From: an uncultured Methanomassiliicoccales archaeon | GTDB taxonomy: Archaea; Thermoplasmatota; Thermoplasmata; Methanomassiliicoccales; CAZOLG01 | Reading direction: 5' to 3' | Length of the DNA stretch: 64,000 bases | Assembly: GCA_964580935.1 (NCBI GenBank) | Contig: CAZOLG010000002.1 | Location: 259,627-323,626 of the forward strand | Shown here: positions 56,605 to 64,000 of the stretch, piece by piece | Numbering within the stretch: the stretch's first letter is position 1 | How the letters are laid out: each line of letters begins with the position of its first letter | The notes under the pieces: generated by a model | What the model saw: only the letters and a program-made list of their open reading frames with translations | What the model was told of the DNA's origin: nothing | Databases searched by the model: none | Translations under genes and position numbers: made by a program

Positions 56605-56779
56605 TAATTGTCTGGCTATATCTCAAAAAAATTTGAAATGCTTTTAAAGGTTTAGGATACTGGATAGCTGTCATTATTGGAAAAATTTTATATATGAGTC
56701 ATATCAATTACTAACTGGGTCATCTGGCCAGTGTCTGGCTAGAAGGTCTAATAACTTGCAGGAGGGAATATTGTTGGTG

Positions 56780-56992
56780 ATGGAGCAGATTAGCCTGTCA
56801 AAGGCAAAAGAGATCGCTAAGAAAAAAGGCCTCAAACCAGGTCGAGTCAAAGGAACCGAGGGAGTCCAATTTACCAAGGGGAATAACGACCGCCTGGAGA
56901 TTATCTCCTGGGACATGTTCGAAAATTCTCTTAAAGAGCGTGGCCTAGCCGTCTATGAGAGTGGGGGCTGGATGAAGATAATGAAGAAGTGA
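56780..56992 (+). CDS. Small basic hypothetical protein (70 aa)
   Basis: Protein-like sequence KPGRVKGT...LEIISWDMFE...LAVY with its own TATA-like element (about 56686) and a downstream terminator. Confidence 0.75.
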   Translation: MEQISLSKAKEIAKKKGLKPGRVKGTEGVQFTKGNNDRLEIISWDMFENSLKERGLAVYESGGWMKIMKK

Positions 56993-57037
56993 GATTGAAA
57001 TCCTTCTTCTCCAGATCTTCTAATAAGAGTTTTTTAC

Positions 57038-57068
57038 GCCCGATCAAACTCGGGCCCTTTGTTTTTTG
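57038..57068 (+). terminator. Hairpin plus U-tract terminator
   Basis: GCCCGA-tcaaac-TCGGGC followed by CCTTTGTTTTTTG. Confidence 0.6.
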
Positions 57069-57138
57069 TCTTGCTGAGTTGATGGTCTGCTAGTTGCAGA
57101 AGAGCAGTCCATGCACCCGGTTCATTGGTGAAAATTCT

Positions 57139-57534
57139 CTAGAGGATATCTGATATCTTTCTCTCACCTTCCAGATTCATTATCTCCTCTACCGCCTGAT
57201 CGATTTCGATACATCCTAGATACTCCCCGTTCTCGTCTCTGAGAGCCCTATAGGTTATCAGTACCTTCCCGATTCCCTGATGCTTCACATCAACCCACAT
57301 CTTGAACTCATCTCCCTCACCTCTTTTCATCAGGTCCAACATCTTGTCTACGGTGTCAATGCTCTTCCCGGGATGGCAGTCTCTGACATCCTCTCCCAGC
57401 TTGTCAGGAGGGATTCTGAACATCCTGGTCTCTGATTTACTCCACCAGACGATCCGGTCCTCTCGGTCTATGAGACACAGATCCAGAGGTAACGCTTCCA
57501 CGATGATTTCCAGAGTGTCATGATCGATTTGCAC
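57139..57534 (-). CDS. Standalone PAS-domain protein (PAS_10-like)
   Basis: ALPLDLCLID.ED.I, G.DV.DCHP.KS, YRALRDENGEYLGCIE. Confidence 0.82.
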   Translation of the reverse strand: MQIDHDTLEIIVEALPLDLCLIDREDRIVWWSKSETRMFRIPPDKLGEDVRDCHPGKSIDTVDKMLDLMKRGEGDEFKMWVDVKHQGIGKVLITYRALRDENGEYLGCIEIDQAVEEIMNLEGERKISDIL

Positions 57535-57700
57535 ACTTCAATATCACCTTCAAGACAATAATATTTATCTAAAATAATTATCAGAAGCGTGGAGTTACAA
57601 AGCAACTATCGCCTGGTAAGAATGATCTACCGGGCTCTCGGGGCCCCTTTGTTGATAATATTTTTGTACCTTAAGGCCATTGGAGTTTATCCATATTAGA

Positions 57701-57785
57701 GCAGGGATAACCAAGCATGGCCAACGGTGCGAGATTCAGGGTCTCGTCGCGAAGGCGTTCGGGGGTTCGAATCCTCCTCCCTGCA
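57701..57785 (+). tRNA. tRNA-Leu(CAG)
   Basis: Acceptor GCAGGGA/TCCCTGC-A, anticodon arm CGAGA-TTCAGGG-TCTCG, long variable arm, TTCGAAT T-loop. Confidence 0.95.
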
Positions 57786-57926
57786 CTTTTTGAAAATGGT
57801 AGATGCCCACGCATCTCTGTCTGCAGCCGGTGCAAACATCAGGTTTATAGGTCTCTCCCCCGATATTCTTGAGGCAACATAGGTAGACCAACACCCACAA
57901 CTGAAGATAATAGGAGAGAGAATCTG

Positions 57927-58379
57927 ATGAAAGTACTGACTGTTTACGATTCGAAGTTTGGAAATACCGAGATCATTGCTAAAGCGATATCTGAAGGTAT
58001 GAAAGAGGTCGGCAAGTCCGATGTGGAGTGCAAGAATGGAGCCGCCGTCCTCCCTGAAGAGATGCTGGAGGCCGATGTATGGGTATTGGGAAGCCCCACC
58101 CACATGTGGAGCGCTTCCAGGAACTTCAAGAAACTATTGAAGTGGGTCAAGAAGGAGGCGCCCGCGGATAAAAGGGGGGTTGCCTTCGAAACTAGGCTGG
58201 ATAGTGCCAAGGGAGGAGCGGCCAAGAAGATAGCTAAGACGCTGGACAAGGTGGGGATCGAGATGATTGTCGAACCCGCCTCCTTCGCCGTTACTGGCAA
58301 CGAGGGGCCGCTGGCCGATGGTGAAGAAGAGAGGGCAGTTACCCTGGGCCGCAGGATCGCCGGAGAGTTGAGAGGATAA
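57927..58379 (+). CDS. Flavodoxin family protein
   Basis: YDSKFGNTE.IA, LGSPTH, AFET. Confidence 0.9.
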   Translation: MKVLTVYDSKFGNTEIIAKAISEGMKEVGKSDVECKNGAAVLPEEMLEADVWVLGSPTHMWSASRNFKKLLKWVKKEAPADKRGVAFETRLDSAKGGAAKKIAKTLDKVGIEMIVEPASFAVTGNEGPLADGEEERAVTLGRRIAGELRG

Positions 58380-58504
58380 TAAGCTGTTCATTCTCCCGCT
58401 AGATGTCCAGCATTAAACCCTCTAAACAGGTGAACGGTATTCCTCCTTGAGCATCAATTCCAGACTGAGTAAGAGTTATAAGAGTACTCCTCACTTTCAT
58501 CACA

Positions 58505-59356
58505 GTGGACCTGATTCTTGTAAGATATGCCGAGCTCGGTTTGAAGGGGAGGCCAGTGAGGAGAAGATTCAAGGGCCGGCTGCTGGACAACATGATGTCC
58601 ATGTTGGCCTTGGAGGGTATAGAGACTCTGATCTCCACCGAGCGGGGCAGGATTTACGTTGAGACCGATAGTATTGATGGAGCGATCGAAGTCCTAACAA
58701 GAGTATTCGGAATCGCCTCTGTGAGTCCCGTTATCCAATGTGGTGCCAGCATTGAAGAGATCAACGCCGTTTCTGCAGAGTACTCCACGCGGGTCCTGGC
58801 CCCTGGAGACGCCTTCGCCATCAGATCCCGCAGGGAGGGGACACATAACTTCAGCAGCATGGACGTTGCCAGAGAGGCGGGGGCGGCCGTATTGGGTGCC
58901 AATGAAGGCCGAGAAATCAGCGTTGAATTGAACGATCCAGACAAGGAGATATTCATCGAGGTGAGAGGGGGGCGGGCCTACATATTCAGTGAGTATATTC
59001 CGGGCCCGGGAGGATTGCCGCTGGGAACACAGGGCAAGCTGGTAGCATTGATTGAGAAGAAAGAGGACCTGCTGGCGGCCTGGATGATGATGAAGAGGGG
59101 GGGTCAGACTTTGCTAGTGGTTGAAGAACGGGTGAAGGAAATAGATCAGATATCGGCCTGGAACCCAGATCTAGAGGTCACTTCCTCCTCCGTTGAGGAA
59201 GCGATCGAAGAAACAGATGCCGGAGGGGCTGTTTTCGGTTACCAGATTTGTGATATGGAGAGGATAAGGGGGACACAGCTTGACGTCCCATCGTTCTTCC
59301 CACTGGTGGGTATGAAACAGAAAGAAATTAAAGAGGGATTGGAAAAAATCCTGTGA
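58505..59356 (+). CDS. THUMP-domain ThiI-like protein with a degenerate PP-loop domain
   Basis: VRYAELGLKG, THUMP domain, GPGGLPLGTQG, AAWMMMKRG. The SGGxDS motif is replaced by EKKED. Confidence 0.85.
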   Translation: MDLILVRYAELGLKGRPVRRRFKGRLLDNMMSMLALEGIETLISTERGRIYVETDSIDGAIEVLTRVFGIASVSPVIQCGASIEEINAVSAEYSTRVLAPGDAFAIRSRREGTHNFSSMDVAREAGAAVLGANEGREISVELNDPDKEIFIEVRGGRAYIFSEYIPGPGGLPLGTQGKLVALIEKKEDLLAAWMMMKRGGQTLLVVEERVKEIDQISAWNPDLEVTSSSVEEAIEETDAGGAVFGYQICDMERIRGTQLDVPSFFPLVGMKQKEIKEGLEKIL

Positions 59357-59363
59357 GAGTCGA

Positions 59364-60005
59364 TCAGGACTTTTTCTTGTTCTTGTATTTCGAAGAGCGG
59401 ACCTTCTCTGCGCCCTTGCCCTTCTTTCTCAACCCTCTTGCCTTCTTGCCTGAAGAGGTGAGCCCTCTGTGGACTCTCCCCTTGTGATGACTATCACATA
59501 TCCAGTTGATCTTGGGGTCGCTCTTTATCACCGGATGGTGGGGGTCCACCATAATGATCTCATACCATTTGCGCTTCCCATCTTCTCCCACCCAGTAAGA
59601 GTTCAACACCTCCAGGTTGGGATAGCGCTTGGCGGCCCTTCCCTCAACAATGGTCTGTGAGTTCTTAGCGGTGGTGATCTTGTTGATACCTTTCCTCTTC
59701 GGTCTGCGACCGCCCTTGATCTGCCTCTTCCTGAACGAGCCTTTCCTGACATAACCCCGGACCATGATATAACCCTGCTTGGCCTTGTAGCCCAGCTTGC
59801 GGGCCCGATCCAACCTGGTGGGGTGTTCGAGTTTCTTGAAGTTCTCTTCCTTCCTCCACTTCATCAACCTTTCCCACTGGAGCTGCTTCACATAAGATTC
59901 GTCCAGATTGGTCCATGCTTTGCTAATGTAGCTGTAAAAGTCTTTACCCGGCAGTTCTGCCAGTTCTTCCTCTTTCTCTTCTTCTACCTCGATTTCTTCT
60001 TCCAT
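59364..60005 (-). CDS. rpl15e: 50S ribosomal protein eL15 (L15e)
   Basis: [51 protein letters not shown] before ATG 60005. Confidence 0.97.
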   Translation of the reverse strand: MEEEIEVEEEKEEELAELPGKDFYSYISKAWTNLDESYVKQLQWERLMKWRKEENFKKLEHPTRLDRARKLGYKAKQGYIMVRGYVRKGSFRKRQIKGGRRPKRKGINKITTAKNSQTIVEGRAAKRYPNLEVLNSYWVGEDGKRKWYEIIMVDPHHPVIKSDPKINWICDSHHKGRVHRGLTSSGKKARGLRKKGKGAEKVRSSKYKNKKKS

Positions 60006-60087
60006 AGTATCACCTGCCGTCTCCGGCGTTTGTGGATTCACCCCCGATGGGCACATCTCCGGCGAGATACTCTCTCGCTACTTAGCC
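60006..60087 (-). ncRNA. Structured 5' leader of rpl15e (eL15 ribosomal-protein leader-like)
   Basis: Hairpin GCGAGA-gagta-TCTCGC, then GGA-GATGTG-CCC-atcg-GGG-GTGAA-TCC. Resembles the euryarchaeal eL15 leader as recalled. Confidence 0.55.
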
Positions 60088-60107
60088 CACCCAATGAATT
60101 ACCATAT

Positions 60108-60797
60108 TTAAAACTTCTTCGTCTCAGTGGCCTGCCGAACGACCTCGTACCTCAGATGGACGTTCTCTTCATCCACCTCTTCACATCCCATCAGCTTCAG
60201 GTCGATCGGTTCCTCGGTCATCAAACTCCTGCTGAAATTCACCCCTCTGGCCCCCACTATCCTGGGAGATACGATCAGGCTTATCTCATCCACCAGTTCC
60301 TGGGTGAGGAGGGCGCTGTTCATTTTCTCTCCACCGTCGGTGAGCACGGTGCAGATATCGTACTCCTCTCCCAGCGCAGCCAGGGCCTCCTTCAGATTTA
60401 CCCTCTGCTCCCCGGCGCGGATATAGTCATAGTTCCTCTCGTCCAGGTAGGAAAGGTACTGATCTGGAGTCTGGCTCGAGACCAGTATGATCACGTCCCT
60501 GCAGTATTCGAAACCGCGGAATAGGTGGAGAGCATCCTTCAGTATGCCTCTTGAATCAGGTATCACCCAATAAGGGAGTGATTCCTCCTTGTCCGGCTTC
60601 GCGAAATCGGACTCCACCTCCTCGGGGATATCTCCCAGATACATCTGTACGCCTTTCCGGGCGGTGGTGGAACCGATCAGGTGTACATCGGCGTTGAATC
60701 TCTCGGCTATTCGATAGAACATACGGGGATCGGCGTCGAAAGAATCCACCGACCCGTCCAGACTGATCAGGTTGTGCATAATGACCTTTGGAATCAT
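60108..60797 (-). CDS. RibD C-terminal/DHFR-fold reductase
   Basis: PKVIMH...SLDG, IPDSRG, VLTDGG..N..L...LVDEI.LIVSP.I.G. Confidence 0.87.
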   Translation of the reverse strand: MIPKVIMHNLISLDGSVDSFDADPRMFYRIAERFNADVHLIGSTTARKGVQMYLGDIPEEVESDFAKPDKEESLPYWVIPDSRGILKDALHLFRGFEYCRDVIILVSSQTPDQYLSYLDERNYDYIRAGEQRVNLKEALAALGEEYDICTVLTDGGEKMNSALLTQELVDEISLIVSPRIVGARGVNFSRSLMTEEPIDLKLMGCEEVDEENVHLRYEVVRQATETKKF

Positions 60798-60806
60798 GGC
60801 ATCACA

Positions 60807-63191
60807 TCACATGAAATCTTCAAGGGTAAGTGTTTCCTCCGTCTTCTTCACACCTTTCTTCTCTCTTTTCTCTTCGGCCTCTTCGTTAAATGTATCATCG
60901 AATAGGGTGAACTGCTGTGAGCCCATCATCAGACTTTTCTCATCCCAGCCGAATACTTCTGTGACCCTGGCCACCGTCTGAGCCAGCCTTTGAGCATAGT
61001 ATTTATAGTCAGGTTCAGAATCGAATTCTCTGCCGGAGATGTATGGTTCGACCTCCTGCGGCGTCTTCTTATTGTTGGTCACAATCCAAGAGACCTTCAT
61101 ACCGGGTATGAACTCATACCCCAGATCCATCATCTTTCTCGCCGCCTGGACGTTGGACTGGGCGTCTGGGTTCTGGTAATAGGAAAAGTTCTTGCACGTC
61201 CTGGAAATCACCAGCCTTTCTGGTGGAACCTCGCCTTCCAACGTCTCTCTCACCTTTTCTCTTGCCAGCTCCACCGCGCCCTCCGTATCATCGGAAAGAA
61301 TCCTCTCGAAGACGGTGGTCAGTACCTCGCTCTGAAGATCGAAAGAATCGGTCCTCCTCACCTCATACCCCCGGATCAGGAAATCCTCTTCCGGCCAGAC
61401 TGCCTTCCCCACGTACCTCTTCTTCTTCCCGTGGGAGAACAGAGACTTGAACACCTTCTCAAACTCGAGCAGCGCGCCCTCTTCGGAGAATCTATCTGCT
61501 ATCTCCTGTCCAAACTCGATAGTCTTTTCGATCTCATCATAGGGGGACTGAACGAAAAGAGAATCAGTGTCTGAGTAGATCACGGTGATATCTTCTTTCT
61601 CCAGTTTCTCAATGATATCTTTCACGGTCTCCCTGGCGAAGGCGGTGATGGAACTGCCGATGCTCTTATCTGTGAATCGATAGAAGGAGGAGGCGAACAC
61701 ACCGTAGAAGGAGTTCATCAGTATCTTCAGGGCGTTCTGCAGACCGTCGTAGTACCGGTATTCTTCTTCATCATCCGCCCTATCCCGTTCCTTCTTGACC
61801 CTGTCCCTCTCCTCCATCAGGTTCTCGAGGATTGTGGGGAGTAGTCCCTCTTTCTCCCCCCTGCCCAAGAACCTCGCTCCCACCGGGCTCTCAATTTCCC
61901 CATCATCGTCCAGAGTGGTGAAACATATGTTCTTGGATATGATGAGCGAGGGGTACATGGACTTGAAATCAAGTACGCACACCCAGTGATAGAGACCTGG
62001 TTCTATGGTATGGACGTACCCTCCTTCGATCGGTTTTCCCCTAGAGTACCCGGAGGTCAGGGGAACCCCCACACGCTTCCTGTCAGCCTCCCTGATAAGG
62101 ATTGAATCGATCAGCTGAGAACTCCCGCTGGTGTGTACATCATCAACCGGTAGTTTGGAGACAGTCGCCAGATCCATATCCTTTCTGAGGGTGCCCACCT
62201 CCTCCAGGATCCTCAACGAGAGCTCCGCGTCCTTCGAGCAGTATTCCATCACCTTGTCCTTGTTCTCCTTCCACTCCTGATCGATCCTCTTGGGATCGAC
62301 GTCCATCTTCTCTTCGTCCAGGACGAGCTTGGCCACATGATTAAGTGTTTCCTGTTTGGGCCTCAACTCCATCTTGGCCGCCCACCAAGCATCGGCCACC
62401 ACCCTGCCGTTGAGTCTCCAGAATCGGCCCATGACATGCTTGGGCTCGCTCAGGTCTCTGCCCCACCTGAGGGCGTTCGCTCCCACTGCCTCCGCCCTCT
62501 CCCTGAGAGTGGGGATGTCGTAATTGTCGATGTTATATCCAGTGATCACATCGGGGTCCTCTTCCCGGATTACATCATTGAACTGCTCTATCAGCTCTTG
62601 TTCCTCACCAAAGAGAGGTTTACCCTCTCTCAACTCATCCCCCTCTCGGACCACATAGCAGATGGTCAGTACCCGATCTTCCTTGATGCTGGCCTCGATA
62701 TCGAAGGCCAGAATCTTGAGGTCCGGGATGAAGGGAGTGATGTCTTCAAAACTGTCCATATTTACCGAAATATCGGTGGTGTACTCACCCTCGATTTCCT
62801 CTCCGAACACCCTTATGCAGCTCTTGATGTCTTTATCATAGATGAAGCGGTGGTGAAAGGGGATGTCCGCAGCCAGAACCTCAAAATCCTTCTTCAATCG
62901 GTCACGGAGATCGGGCACAAGCCAGGGGAACTGCACTACCACCTCAATGCAATCATGCTCCTTTCCATGATGGAATAGTCGAACAGGTTCGACCCTCTTG
63001 ACCCTTGAATCCTCCTTCAGGGTTTTTATCGCCTTCTCTGTGGGCTCCACCACGTGAAAATAGGGTTCGAACCCGGCATACCTGACGGTGATCGATCGAC
63101 CGTCAGGCGTCTTTCCAAACATCTCAATGACTAGATGGTCATCTTCCCTCCGGTATGAGGCGCTTATTAAACGGACGTCCCATTGGCCCAC
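60807..63191 (-). CDS. polB: Family B DNA polymerase
   Basis: Exo I DIE, Exo II YNIDNYD, Exo III YCSKD. DFKSMYPS, KILMNSFYG, YSDTDS, KKRY. PIP-like QFTLF near the C-terminus. Confidence 0.96.
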   Translation of the reverse strand: MGQWDVRLISASYRREDDHLVIEMFGKTPDGRSITVRYAGFEPYFHVVEPTEKAIKTLKEDSRVKRVEPVRLFHHGKEHDCIEVVVQFPWLVPDLRDRLKKDFEVLAADIPFHHRFIYDKDIKSCIRVFGEEIEGEYTTDISVNMDSFEDITPFIPDLKILAFDIEASIKEDRVLTICYVVREGDELREGKPLFGEEQELIEQFNDVIREEDPDVITGYNIDNYDIPTLRERAEAVGANALRWGRDLSEPKHVMGRFWRLNGRVVADAWWAAKMELRPKQETLNHVAKLVLDEEKMDVDPKRIDQEWKENKDKVMEYCSKDAELSLRILEEVGTLRKDMDLATVSKLPVDDVHTSGSSQLIDSILIREADRKRVGVPLTSGYSRGKPIEGGYVHTIEPGLYHWVCVLDFKSMYPSLIISKNICFTTLDDDGEIESPVGARFLGRGEKEGLLPTILENLMEERDRVKKERDRADDEEEYRYYDGLQNALKILMNSFYGVFASSFYRFTDKSIGSSITAFARETVKDIIEKLEKEDITVIYSDTDSLFVQSPYDEIEKTIEFGQEIADRFSEEGALLEFEKVFKSLFSHGKKKRYVGKAVWPEEDFLIRGYEVRRTDSFDLQSEVLTTVFERILSDDTEGAVELAREKVRETLEGEVPPERLVISRTCKNFSYYQNPDAQSNVQAARKMMDLGYEFIPGMKVSWIVTNNKKTPQEVEPYISGREFDSEPDYKYYAQRLAQTVARVTEVFGWDEKSLMMGSQQFTLFDDTFNEEAEEKREKKGVKKTEETLTLEDFM

Positions 63192-63195
63192 TTGA

Positions 63196-64000
63196 TCACT
63201 TCCTGGACACGATCTTGATTATATCACCGTCTTCAAGTTTATAATCCTGTCCAATTGTCCTCTGGGTCCTCACATTGACTGCCCGGATGAAGTTATTCCC
63301 CAGATCGGTGTGGACCTTGTATGCCAGATCTCTGGCCGTTCTGCCCCTCTTAATCAGGTAAGCATCGGGGAGTACGTTACCGTCGTGGTCGGTCAGATTG
63401 GTCTCATCCTCCACCGGATAGACGACAATAAGATCCAAGAGATCAAATGCCGCCCTCTCTAGGCAGGTCTGAACCCCAGTACCTCCGAATCGTTCCATGA
63501 CCCTTTTTATATAATCCAACCCGCCTTTTTGATCTTCGGAAAGCTTCTCTGGACTTCTTACAGAGAAAGTTTCACTCCCCGGAATGTAATCCACAAAACT
63601 GGCCTTAGATGCACGCTTCAAAGCTAATTCAGACTCAGAACAGGTGACCAGGGTGATGTAATCATCCAGATTCCGCAACCTCTCGATTTCTTCATCCTCG
63701 GCTATATCCCCCTTATTCAAAGCGATCATCATGGGCTTGCTTCGCTTCTGAATGGCCTCGGCCAACCTGAGGGTGTGTTCATCCTCCCAGATCATAGGGT
63801 TTTCGGGGAGGTCGCTCTCTCTCAGAGCCACTATCACCTCCGCCTCGCTCACTCCTAGGCCGGTCAGCCTCTCCTGAAGACTCTTCTCTATACTACCGCC
63901 TTCAAGATGAGCCTGCCTTGCGATCTTTCTGAAGCCTTTTTCTATGATACCTTTCACCCAGTGATTGATTTCCCTCTCCAGAAACTGGATGTCGGTCATT
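63196..64000 (-). CDS. ychF: YchF/Obg-family GTPase with TGS domain, C-terminal part (truncated by window edge)
   Basis: KPM.IALNK.D, SELAL, GTGVQ, VYPVED, LPDA, AYKVHTDL..FI.A, L.DGDII.I. Confidence 0.9.
   Translation of the reverse strand, partial: MTDIQFLEREINHWVKGIIEKGFRKIARQAHLEGGSIEKSLQERLTGLGVSEAEVIVALRESDLPENPMIWEDEHTLRLAEAIQKRSKPMMIALNKGDIAEDEEIERLRNLDDYITLVTCSESELALKRASKASFVDYIPGSETFSVRSPEKLSEDQKGGLDYIKRVMERFGGTGVQTCLERAAFDLLDLIVVYPVEDETNLTDHDGNVLPDAYLIKRGRTARDLAYKVHTDLGNNFIRAVNVRTQRTIGQDYKLEDGDIIKIVSRK

Noticed and set aside
1395-62978. Long antisense or alternative-frame ORFs (for example 1395..2120, 3791..4390, 29821..30384, 51025..51423, 59823..60524, 62337..62978)
   Set aside because: They overlap well-supported genes and lack family motifs, so they are treated as shadow ORFs.
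60807-63191. Intein or inactivated PolB
   Set aside because: The length (794 aa) is ordinary and all exonuclease and polymerase carboxylates are present. YSDTDS is a minor variant of YGDTDS.
1-64000. CRISPR array, IS elements, rRNA, SRP or RNase P RNA
   Set aside because: No regularly spaced repeats, transposase motifs or diagnostic RNA signatures were found by eye.

Overview
This is a 64 kb archaeal chromosomal segment, most consistent with Thermoplasmatota of the Methanomassiliicoccales-like group (archaeal PolB, aIF5A, fibrillarin/Nop5, CarS, eL15, a BHB-intron tRNA, a DUF6015-like protein). The lineage is inferred from gene content only. Most of the window is housekeeping: pdxS, serine biosynthesis, XPD, smc-scpA-scpB, two glmM/nucleotidyltransferase pairs, kae1, rps15, rpl15e, polB, tRNA-Val(GAC, with intron) and tRNA-Leu(CAG). 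It also holds a dispersed di-N-acetyl-uronic-acid glycan pathway and an accessory-looking stretch at about 36.3-46 kb. Four observations stand out. (1) Two translationally coupled class I (DapA-fold) aldolase-Fae fusion genes have Fae domains that are degenerate in complementary ways, suggesting an obligate heteromeric formaldehyde-channelling aldolase. (2) A candidate leader-peptide translational attenuator (10 consecutive Ser/Gly/Cys codons followed by a perfect 11-bp anti-Shine-Dalgarno stem) precedes the serC-like/serA operon. (3) An RlmN-fold radical SAM enzyme lacking the resolving cysteine sits in a three-enzyme operon. (4) A wHTH gene is followed by a cryptic pair of paralogous small genes. 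No CRISPR array, transposase or integrase was seen. All calls come from reading motifs by eye; no database searches or folding programs were run.
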